Below are positions 52,673-64,000 of a DNA stretch of 64,000 nt, in pieces. Source of the DNA: Octopus sinensis (taxonomy: Eukaryota); contig NC_042997.1 in assembly GCF_006345805.1 (NCBI RefSeq), forward strand, positions 90,954,001-91,018,000, written 5' to 3'. Numbering within the stretch: position 1 is the stretch's first letter; every line of letters starts with the position of its first letter. Under the pieces are notes generated by a model. The model did not search any database. It worked only from the letters and a program-made list of their open reading frames with translations, and was not told where the DNA came from. The position numbers and the translations under genes are program-made.

Positions 52673-53008
52673 CCTCCTTATGAGAGCTCAAAATCTCTCG
52701 TGGAAGCGCCATCCAACCAAAATGCAAATATATGGGAAACTACCACCTGTGTCATCTCTTGTGAAAGGTAGGAGAGTCCAGTTTGCTGGACATTGTTGTA
52801 GAGCTGAAAAAGAAGTAATTTCTACTCTTCTCCTCTGGAAGCCATCTACTCGCAATACCAGAGGACGCATACTCTCCTACCCTGATGTAATCTCCAGGGA
52901 TACAGGCATCCAGCAACAGGACCTCCGTAATGCTATGATGGACCGTGAGGTCTGGTGTAACATAGTAAATTCCATTGTCTCGACCACGGTCGAACAATGA
53001 TGATGATG
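52673..53008 (+). mobile_element. 5'-truncated RTE-like LINE with a (GAT)n tail and TSD
   Basis: Peptide RRVQFAGHCCR...YPDVISRD..MMDREVW. 11-bp TSD ATTTCAGGTCG at 52662-52672 and 53009-53019. Confidence 0.85.
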
Positions 53009-53439
53009 ATTTCAGGTCGAATGTAATGAATTCGCAGAATTGTTAAAGCACTGCATAAAATACCTTACAATATATGCCGTTATGAATTTTTACTTTACTT
53101 TTCATTCTGCCCAGTTCAATTTAACTTATTACTCCCATGCAACTTATACCTTGTGCCTATGCTCGAAACAAATAGTATTATTTTGGCAGAATCGTTAGAG
53201 CGTCGGAGAAGCGGGGTGTCTTGCGGTATTTGTTCTGGCTCATTACATTCTGAGTTCAAATCATACCAAGGTCAACTTTGCCTGTCATTTCACCGGGATC
53301 GATAAAATTAAAATACATATCCAAGTAATGGGGTCGAAGGTATCGACTAACTCCTCCCTTCAAAAGTTACAGAAACCATTAATATTATTACTTAAAATTT
53401 CTGAAGCCAATTGATGTTTAATATAAAATGATCGAAGCA

Positions 53440-54050
53440 AAACAACGTAAACCGAGTTAGTTTAATACCCACAAAGACAGATGCAGGACATATTATATAT
53501 ATACTCCAAGTGCGAACAGTAAAACAATCGAAAGGAAAATTAAAGATTTCTCTAGATCAGGTTAGTTTCAATTTTATAAAAAGGAAATCGAATGTTGTAA
53601 TAGACAAATCTTTATCCAGGCGCATCTGTTAACGTTTAAATAACAATATCAATATTTTCTGCTGCAACTTAAGGTTAGATAAAATATTCTGTAATTGCTG
53701 TTTTAAAACACAATATCGACTGTCAGGAAACAAACAGCAGGCAAAAATAAAAGTAAACAGTATGATAACTGTGGTAGCAGGGACCTAAAGAATATGTCCA
53801 GCGGACAAATGTGACGTGTTGGTAAGACAGGACATAATCATCAATGACGTAGTGAAGAGATGTTAAATATAATCGTGATAGTAAAGGGACAATGTCGTCA
53901 CAACGTCGCAGAAGCGAGACATGGTGTTATGACAAGTCTAATTGTTACGTAGATAAATAAAACACGAGAAAACGTAATAGCCGGTATTGCTTTCAATCTA
54001 TTTGATAACAGTAAATAAATAAAACACTAAGCAACTCTATCCTCTCGTAT
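53440..54050. promoter_or_regulatory. Candidate promoter region: CpG-preserved, with clustered CRE-like motifs
   Basis: TGACGT at 53812 and 53845, CGTCA at 53896 and TTACGT at 53945, at the edge of the CpG-depleted domain. No transcript evidence. Confidence 0.3.
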
Positions 54051-57000
54051 CAGTAAAAAAAAAAAAAAATTTAAACTGCCAATTTCAGTTTGCTGTATTC
54101 CACGAAATACTACAGTTAAGATTGGTACCTATCCCCTTATTCTATAGCATCAACCTAAACAAGACACTAGTAAATAGCAGGTAACATTCTACTTCGTATG
54201 TGAATTCAACATAAGTTTAACCGTCTTATACAAATATAATTACACCGACACTTGAAGAGGTGATCCATGTTATAAAAATAAATAATTTTATTACAAACAA
54301 CCAATAACAATTATCGTGCATCTAAAACCTGGGTTTGGATGGATCTGTTAATTAATAGTGGGTAGTTTATCGGACAAGACCACTCCGTACAGGAAGATGT
54401 ACTTATGCATCAGACAAGCGATGTATGGATGGAACTCTTTAAAAGGTACGCGAAAGGTTACTTCTAAATTAATTAGGAAATTTTTCTATCACTGTGAATT
54501 TTACATACCAATGTATTTTAAACACCTTTTAACTCATTTAATATTATTATAATCTTGAAATAGAAAAGTACTTAACAGATGTTAAATCTGAAAATTAAAA
54601 AAAAAAAAACGAAAGAGAGCGAGAGAGAAAACTCGACATATAAATAAAACTTTCAAATTGTTTATAAAGCTTTCACTTTTAAAAAATTGATCTATCCTTT
54701 ATGCAATATAAAAGGCAGATTCATTTAACTTTTATTGTGGAAAATTCAAATTCCTTGATCTAAAACTATACTCCCGGATCTACACATTACAACAAAAAAT
54801 TTTGCTGGTTGTAAGAAAATGTTTGAACTGTATTTGTATCTTGTAGTATTAGTTCACAGTGAAGTGTAACAGTTTATCAGGCGATAGCATCAAATTAGAT
54901 CATTAGTTTTCATTTTTAGACTGTAGCTCTTGTTTTACATGCAGCAAAGAAGGGCCTAAAAAGTCACGGTCCTCTATCTTGTACACTCAGGTTTGACACA
55001 TATGCCCATCATATGAATGTAGCTACTCCTTTCCAGCTCAGAGTTGAGCGAGTGGTTGGCAACATTATGCACATTAGGTTATAAAAACCCGGACATAATT
55101 TAGATGGTGATCATGCATATCCAGGTAGCAAATCATGGTAAGTGGATATACAGAACCAGACATTTTAGAATATGACGGAGTTAAGGACCGAATGCGAAAT
55201 TTTATTTTCGGCCATGCTGATTACAAATGAGCACAAATAATTTTTCAATTTTATCATTTTTATTAACATAAAAACTACTGATTACGATTAAGGATTTACA
55301 ACTGCTTTCTAGACAATGGCATTTAGGGAACTAGTCGAACACAGCTTCGAATTAGGAGCAGGTTTGCAGTAGGGAAACTATGTATCACCTGCCTTTGATG
55401 CTGTCATGACATTTCAATCGGCCCGTTAAATGATAATTTTGAAAATTTCAGACAAAAGTAAAATTCCAAAACAAACAATAGGTGCAGGCAGAGCGGTGTA
55501 GTTAAAAATCACACAATTTCGGGTTCAGTCTCATTAGGCGGCACCGTGGGCAAGTGTCCTTGCAGTGGGTTTGGTACACGGAAACTGTGTATCTCTTTGT
55601 CCATTTCATACCGCTTTACAATAGGTGTTGGTTTGTTTACACCCTCGAAACGTAGCGGTTCAGCAAAAGAGACGCACAGAATAAGTACCCAACTTTAAAA
55701 ATAAGTATTGGAGTCAATTTATTTGACTAAAAACCCTTTAAAGCAGTGCTCCTGCATGGCCGCAAACCAATGACTGAAACAAGTGAAAGAAAGAATATTT
55801 GCTACAAGACTAGTGAGCAGACAGCTTTTGGAGTAAGCATAACACTTTCATTTTGCGTTACTCTTAAAAGCCTTTGCCAATTCGACTGTCCAAAAGTCGG
55901 TACGTCTACCGCAATTCGACATTTCTTTCGTGATACATGCATTCATTATTATATTATGTGAACATTCATTAGTTTGCCATCAGCAGTTTAACTGATACAT
56001 ACTTTTCAGAGTTACCTCCCGTCGTTTTTTAATTTTTTTTATTATAAATTCGAATTAGAACCTTCAATACAACCATAGGATCAAACGAAGGGATTTATGA
56101 GGTCATTGAACCTTTAGATATGGTCTTCATATCACATCCTACTGTTTAAAAAAAAAGTCACTCGTATTGACTGGGATGCCGTTGATAACAAGCCTATTTA
56201 ATCAGATCGACTGGGGGGGGGACGACAACACAAACATACAATGCTGAAAATCTTGGGTTTAAATATTGAATAACGAAAGAAGTCTAGCTCTACTTACATT
56301 AGTCTTTAAATTATCAGTTTAAAGTCGAGATTGAATGACTGTATACATCAGGTAAGCGTAATCAAGCGGAGTTTCTGAATAAACAACCGCCCCCATTCGT
56401 AACTTTCCCCCATAATTATATCTGCCTTAATTGAATAGGGAGATCGAAGAGAAATATGAAAAATCATTTGAATTTGGGTATGTCGTTATTCACATTATTA
56501 TCGCACTCTTGTAGCACCAAGTGCAAGAGCAGTGCAACGACAAAACACTCAAATTTATAAAGCCATACATAAATGGATCACTTTCGAAGGTGTGTGGATG
56601 GATACACACACGGGTGTTGCTAAGTAAATAACAATTATATTATCCCACTTAAGTAAATTATTAAAGCTCTAAACTTATGTCTCAAGCACAGACATCAGAC
56701 GTGAAATGTGGAGGGAAAGAATTAATCAATAACCAATCCATCCCAGTACCCCCACCGGTACTTTATTTCATCGACAGCCGAAATGAAAAGCAAATTTTGC
56801 TCCGTGTAAATTATTTAACCTATAAACGAGAATATAACATCATTGAACATTATCTCATAACTTAAATCGTTTATAAATTAGTCGGTATCAAAGACAGGTG
56901 CAGACAACTTCATAGCCTCAACTATGAATGAATGTACGGCAACTTTCATGGATTTGCTTTCTGATATTTTAACAAAACAATAAGATACAGGCAAAATAAT

Positions 57001-57459
57001 GATGTTTTAATATAAAACAAGTGGAGTACATATACACACGTTATGTAACAATTCGGTCTCAATGTTGATTCTTTTTCTGTACTTTTCAACCTTTAACATC
57101 GTTGAAAGGTGCTTTATTTCATAGAGAATTTCCTAATGTTCATAACTGATTTACCGTTACAGACCATTTTTTCTATCTCCGTGAAAACCAGAAAGAAAAC
57201 TACTTACTACGTTAAGCAAATGACAACTCAATCGAAACAGTTAAACATCTTGACATTCTAATAATTTTTGTGGCTAAGATTTTGAGGTATCAAAAAAAAA
57301 TTTAAATAATGTTCATATATTCAAACGTAAGGAGTTAATCAGATGAATGTTAAAGTAAGATGTAAAATAAAAGGAGAGATACAGGCAGAAAGAGAGAGAA
57401 ACAGAATAGAAACCTAATGTCAATATATGAAATTGCACTTACTTGTTTGCTAAGTCTCA

Positions 57460-57700
57460 CGTGTTAATGTAACTTATCCTTGTCCCCATGACAGATACAG
57501 CTTGAAGATGTCAATTAGCGCGTTGCTTATTACAAATGGGTCCCGTTTATAGATGCACTGTACTACCTAATGATTTCAACATGCAGCTATGGTTACAAAC
57601 AACATCGGACTCGATATAACGAGAAAGTTGTGTCAAAAGAGCGGACGCCATTACAATCGACATCAACTCTCGCGTGAAGCTATACCTATCATGTGATATA
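57460..57700 (+). pseudogene. Degraded innexin-like fragment
   Basis: Across frameshifts: NVTY / LVPMTDT / RVAYYKWVPFIDALYYL / LW / NNIGLDITRKL / GRHYNRH, collinear with the innexin CW..NTY.P...YYQWVP..ALLFY.P..W...SG.D region. Confidence 0.5.
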
Positions 57701-58505
57701 TACGAGACTAAGGGCCGACTACAAAATAACGTGCAAAGTGGATAGAATCTCCAAAAGACTCCAAATATTTCATGTAAGTATGTGTTGCCAAAGTTTCACC
57801 ATACTTTAATAGAGGTATTGGCAACCTTTTTTTCGTGAAGAGGTCCGCACTACTAAGCAAAAATTCAAGGTAATTTTTCGTTGGCGTGCCATTCAGAAAG
57901 TTCTACAAGCTGTAGTTTGTTCGTAAAATACCTTAATATAACACGGACACAGTTTTATGTTAAGTGGTGATTTATTATTATTATTTTTGTTAATGTTTTG
58001 AAATGTATCCTAGCATATTTTCCTTTTTAAGGATATATGATAATGTTACGAATTATACTAGAATAAATATTGCACTGTAGAGTTAATATTAAAGGTACTT
58101 TAACTGAAATTGTATTAACATTTCCTGAATGAGAAAATATTGACGTTATTAAATGTTGAAAACTCCTCTTAACCTTTTTGCGAACTAAAGAAATATCAGA
58201 CCTGGTTCTCAAATGGATGACTTGGAAAACCCAGGTGCTGTAAGCATCTAATGGGTTTGTGTATCTGTGAAGCTAAGTTATACGAGTTGCGTTTTTATTT
58301 CCCCCAAAGGATGCTAGTTCTCTTCTAATGCCATCTGAAATAAGAATGAGCGTTACTACTAAACTTTCCCATGTTCCATAAATCTAAAGCTTAGTTTCTC
58401 TAACTTAATTTCACTTTCTCTTTGGAACATTCACTGCAAAGCAAATACTTAAAGCATATGCATTACTGTTTCCCCCCACCCCCTTTTTTTTTAAATTCAC
58501 GTATA

Positions 58506-59164
58506 GGCGCTTCTTTAGAAGCGCACCTCTCCAAGAAATTGACGCTTACTTGTCAAAAAAGTTACGAAAATGAGAAATATATCCAAAATAGATGAAGTAC
58601 GCAAAAAATTAGGAAGATTAATCTATTTTTAAATATTTTATACTTAAAAATAAAATACGGAAACGGCCTCTCGCGAATGTAAACAAGCATGTCGGACGAT
58701 AACTTACTTTTTTATCAGTCAGATATTAATAATACAATCGTCTGCGAATTGTAAGAAGACCGTTTCACAATCTTTTTCTTGAAAGTTAGTTTGTAACTAA
58801 TAAATACTATTATGCCAAATTTTGGGCCTGAACGGGAAATATCACATAAAATGGGCGAAGGTAAAGCGAGTGCACATCACCTAACCCTAACCTGTGTGCG
58901 CAGTAAAAAAATCTGATTAAAAACTATCAAGAATTATTGTCCGGGACCCTCGTATCAATAATATCTTTGACATATTTGTTTATATTTCGCGAGTGCCCTT
59001 TTTCCGTATTTTATTTTTTAGTATAAAATATTTAAAAATAGATGAATCTTCCTAATTTTTTGCATACTTCATTTATTTTGGATATATTCCCCATTTTCAT
59101 AATTTTTTTTTTTTTAGAAATTAGACGTCATTTTCTTGGAGAGGTGCGCTTCTAAAGAAGCACC
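58506..59164. mobile_element. Long-TIR (foldback) MITE, 659 bp
   Basis: Imperfect TIRs of ~190 bp starting GG(C/T)GCTTCTTTAGAAGCGCACCTCTCCAAG. Flanks CACGTATA / CATGTTTA (6/8) resemble a decayed TSD. Confidence 0.8.
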
Positions 59165-62100
59165 CATGTTTATAAAACAAAAAAACCTGAAAGCACTCTT
59201 TTTCTCTTCACAACTGAAACGAACTTCATGTTTATGGCACTAACACCCTTAAAAACGAAACGTTTTCTCCTCCTTTTCGGACCACTATCGCAGATTGCTG
59301 CCATATTTTATCCGATATCACCCAAAAGAATTTTTAAAACTTTAGGGTGTTTGGAAACGATTGATATTCTAACACAGCAAATCGAGGATTTTACTCTGGG
59401 TGGCCTAGTTACTGCTTAAAGATGGTCAAGAGAGAATTAGCAAACGTTGTTTGGTTTCAGGTCAGCTCTCCTCAAGTAGATTATGATCAATGACGTTCCA
59501 GCCGTGACACTTCCACACACTCCCCTTTTTTTTCCAGATCATACATCTAGGACTATATCATCCGATGTAAGACGATAGGATGTGTTTGAAGGAGATTTTT
59601 AGGTTCTAATTCTTGCAGAACCAGCAACTATGTAAAGCAGAGGTTGCCAACTATTTGTGGACCACTGATTTACTGAATATTTTCATGGATCACTTGAGCA
59701 TAAAAGTCGATGAAATTAAATTAAAAAGTTAACCAGTCCAACTGAGCATGAAATTATGCAACATACTGGAAAGCAATTAAAATAAGCAAATGCATGTACA
59801 CATGACAAATCCTAATATTAATCCAGAGACCACTTACTAAGAATTACATTACTAACGCAGAATCTCTTTTGTTGTCTCTTAGCCCTTTGCCTACCAGTGT
59901 ATTACGTGCGATACACTGGGCATATTTCCCAGGCATCCCTATATCTTACATGGTACACATTCCCAATTTTTTCACACACACCATAACTTGGGACTTTTGA
60001 ATGGAAAGCTTTATATCATTCAGAGCATGAAATAAGTGCTAACTAAAAGAAAGTCTGCAAACAAGCATTGATTTTTTGGACAAATTTATGAAAACGTTTG
60101 AGGTAGGAAAAGGGTTAAGCAGATGTTATTGTCAGGAATCTGTTGCAAGTAAATTCATGGACTCAGTGTTTGGCAAATCAACAATGCTAATAATAATAGT
60201 GGTTTCTAACTTTAGCACAAGGCTATACATGAAAAAAAAAATTGTTTTAATCGGCTCTATTACATGAGTTTTAATTTGATGGCCTCTGGAGTGTTGGAAG
60301 GAAAAGTCAACATTAGCTGGAATGTAAAGAATGTACAACAATAAACTAACAAGGTAGACTAACAAATTTCTTTTACTTGTTTCAGTCATTAGACTGTGGC
60401 CATGTTGGGACACTACCTTGAAGAATTTTTAGTCCAATGAATTGGCTCTATAAGCCTGATATTTTATGGGTTTTTTTTTTTTACTGAACTGCTAAGTTAT
60501 GAGGATGTAAATGCGCAAGCACCGTTTTTCAAGCAGTGGTGGGGAGCATGCACACACACACACACCACACACACACACATGACTGGCTTCTTTCAGTTTC
60601 CATGTACCAAATTTACTCAAGGCTATAGTAGAAGATACTTACCCAAGCTGCCACTGAGTGGACTTGAACCCAGAACTATGTGGTTGGGAAGGAAGCTTCC
60701 TGCCACACAACCATGCCTGCTCCTAATCTAGTTTCTTGTATCTTTAGATGGCTCTAAATTTGTAGGAGAGGTGGTTTTTGACTGACTAGATGCCATTATA
60801 CTGACAGTCTTAGCTCATTAACCCTGGAGAGATAATAAAAAAAAATATAGAAAGCTCTGTTGTGAGCTATGTCCACAATATATTGAGACAAATTAAATAC
60901 TATTGGACATTTGACTGGTGATACAATTACTTCATTGCCCTTTTATTTATAATGATTAACAACTTTGATTTGAAGTCATACATGTATAGTATGGAAAGGA
61001 ATATATTATCTCTAGCACTTGACTAGTGCTTTAGTTTATATCTTCCAGAAGATGAAAGCCAATCAACCGTGACAGGATTTGAACTTAAAATCATAGTTAT
61101 AACTATATATTGCCAGGAATTTTATCCACTGGTCAACTGATTTTTGCCAAGTCATTACCATCTTAATAATAATCCTTCCACCTATAGGCACAAGGCCTGA
61201 AATTTCAGGAGGGGGCTAGTTGATTATATTGACCCCAGTGCTCAAGTGGTACTTATTTTATCGAATCCTAAAGGATGAAAGGCAAAGATGACTTTGGCAG
61301 CATTTAAATTTAGGATGTAATGGTTTTAAATTTTGGCACTCATCAATTTTAGGGGTGGGGGTTAAGTCAATTACATTAACACAAAGTTCTCAACTGGTAC
61401 TTATTTTATTGACTTAGAAAGGTTGAAAGGCAAAGTTGACTTTGACAGAATTTGAACTCGGACCATAACATGCCAGAACAAATACTACTAAGCATTTTGT
61501 CCAATGCACCAATAATTCTGCTTTAGGCACAATTCCAGCAATTTTGAGGGGAGGTGGGGTAGATGATAGCATCAAGGTTTTGTTGTTATTAATGCCATGT
61601 ACATAGAAATAGACATATATGTGTGTATTGTAGTATCTAAAGATAGTAAAATAGGGAGGAGACAAAGAAAATTAAGAATATATAAAGTTATGCTGGGAAA
61701 AAAGCACAGAAATATGAAGCAAAATAATAACAACCAAAGAATATGTACAATGAAGAAAAATATTCCAATTAGAAGAACATGACGTTTTCATACACTTTGA
61801 TTAAATAAAAGTAAAAAATTAAGTGAAAATAAATAGGAATGATACCAAATTTATGCCTGTTAACATTTCAGTCTCTCTCTCTATCTACATATATATATAT
61901 ATATATACACACACACAGAGGTTAAGTAACTTACCTGAAGCTCTGGCCCTTGAGTCATTTTGTAACTTCTGCCTATTAAATATATCTGAGTGTGTGTGTG
62001 TGTGTGTGTATTTCTTCAAGTGGTTGTAGCCAGGATACATTGCACAAATCCATGCCAGTTATCTCTTCCCACAATAGTTATGATAGATCCTCAGTTTCAT

Positions 62101-63059
62101 GTTGTGTCTCTCTGCCAGTAACGTCAATGTAACTGAGTGGTCTTTGTTACTTAGGTTGCAGAAGTCTCCGAAACATAACACCCGATACATTGTACTGCTG
62201 AGCATAATAACAACGACCACCAAAGCCTGCTCTACATTGAGCAAAAATTGTAGAGATGGGTGGAATGTGTCCACAAATTCCCTCTTTGGTCTTGTCTTTG
62301 CTCTATGAGATGCTTGGTCTATGTTCCATCATGGTAACATTGAAGCTCCTCCTTCATAATCCAGATTTCTACTCTATAAAGAAGAAAATTCTCAACACAT
62401 TCTCTGAAGAATAGCATAATTGACTTTGAAATATTTGATTACTAGATATATTGAAGTGTTGTACAGACACTAAATACATTTGTGTCTACATACAGATACA
62501 CACACAAACATATATACATACAAACATTTGCATCTATATGCATGTGCACAGAACATGCACACAAGTATGTTTTTATGCATGCATGTATTGTATAACCATG
62601 ATGTTCCAGTATCTGATGAGATGGCTTCCTTTATTTGCATAAATATGTGAACATGCAATTGCACACATTAATGCAAACGCATAATTCCTTGCATACTGAA
62701 ATTAATACTAGTTGAAGAAGGTTGCAAAATGATCTTTATTCTAAAGAAGTTATGTGGTTAAATATATATTCCACTCACAGACTTCCTGATTTTATATAAT
62801 TATATCTACTGCATATGTATACTGCATCAGGTTGCTGATGTGTGCTTACTGATAGCATGCAGACTGTACAATGTTCCATAGTTGGGTCATAGTAAAACAA
62901 ACACCAAATAAATAAATGGGTGGTAGAACCAAACAACCATGTAGCAATGTCATGTTTTAGAAATTCTGGATTAGTATCTGGCATTCTCTGAGACCACTAG
63001 GAGTGGTGAAACACACCTTAGCATTTATAGAAGCATTCTACATCAGAAATGTAATTGGC

Positions 63060-63370
63060 TAGACAATTTCCAAATGCTGCTGTGCAGCTTCTTTACTAAA
63101 AGGGCCAAGATCATGGCCATCAACCAGGATCCAGAGCAGCTTGCTATACAATTCCATGGGATCAAACTAACTCTGGTTGACAAGTTCAAGTATCTGGGTT
63201 TCATTGTCGATCAAATATCAGACTTCAGCCAGGAATTCAGCTCTGAAGCCATTTAATACAATATGGAGAGACTGTACCTTCAACAAAGGCATGAAGCTAA
63301 ATTTTTTAAAAAACTAATCTCATCAGTAGTGTTGTATGAGTGTGATGCATGGACCCCAGAGGATGGTGGA
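63060..63370 (+). mobile_element. Degraded LINE RT C-terminal fragment
   Basis: KRAKIMAIN...GIKLTLVDKFKYLG motif in ORF 63074-63256. Confidence 0.65.
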
Positions 63371-64000
63371 CACCAAGTTCATTTCTGAATATACTGATTG
63401 CTCATGGAAACTTGGCAATCAAAGATTTAACAGTTGACTTTAAAGATCAGATCCACTCCAATCTGTATTGTCCAAAAAATTCAACCAATTGATCTTATTA
63501 GAATTATCTCCCTTGATTTTAGATTTTGAACTAGATTTGGATAACAAAGTTTTTCAATTAACTATGACGCCTGAGATTTTGTGTGCAAAATATTCCCTTG
63601 AGGTATTTTTCTTGTCAATCTTGTAATATTTATAAGAAGCACACCATATTCCATTTATTCCTGAATATCTTGATCATTCTTATCTTGCCGAATGAACAGA
63701 GCATACTTTATTGAGGAGGTTTAATAGGATGGAAATATGTCTTGCTCTCACTAGTTAGCTTTAAAGACATAATCCATTCTAATCTGCATTGTCTACATTG
63801 TCCAAAACTTTACATTGACTGATCATATTAGAGTTATCTCTCGTTTGTTTGTTTTTTGTTTTTAAATTTCCTTTCTACTTATCTCTTGGATTATCTCGAT
63901 TGAAAATTTTGCAATACAATATACCAGCAGTCCCCAACAGTCCTTGCACCACGGACCAGTTTCATGCAAAACAATTTTCCCAAGGACTAGGGGATTACGC

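Noticed and set aside
57437-57779. Opposing GTAAGT donors (minus at 57442, plus at 57774) suggesting a bidirectional first-exon pair
   Set aside because: The hexamer is frequent in AT-rich DNA, no coherent ORF exists, and the segment is better explained as an innexin relic.
62059-62308. ORFs with DTFHPSLQF resembling a PLE RT motif
   Set aside because: The match is isolated and the flanking RT motifs are absent; the segment is probably a decayed LINE fragment of uncertain type.

Overview
AT-rich, repeat-dense eukaryotic DNA, most likely from an octopus or other coleoid cephalopod (inferred from the tRNA-derived SINE families and microsatellite style). One intact gene was reconstructed by hand: TMEM248 on the minus strand, with 7 GT-AG coding exons between 7721 and 17141 giving 310 aa. 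Its ATG exon opens with a splice acceptor, so its 5' end lies further right, possibly at the CpG-preserved zone around 53-59 kb. The rest is mostly transposon debris: RTE, CR1 and R4/Dong LINE fragments, mariner, Tc1, Tigger and piggyBac relics, several MITEs, a non-autonomous Helitron, a solo LTR and a probable innexin pseudogene relic. The most striking object is a young Penelope-like element (33445-~35190) inserted in a (TA)n tract. It carries an intact GIY-YIG endonuclease ORF with no recognisable RT linker. The ORF lies between perfect 153-bp inverted arms, each encoding a complete type I hammerhead ribozyme with an unusually long stem II and a palindromic stem III. No database searches were run; family assignments come from recognised motifs.
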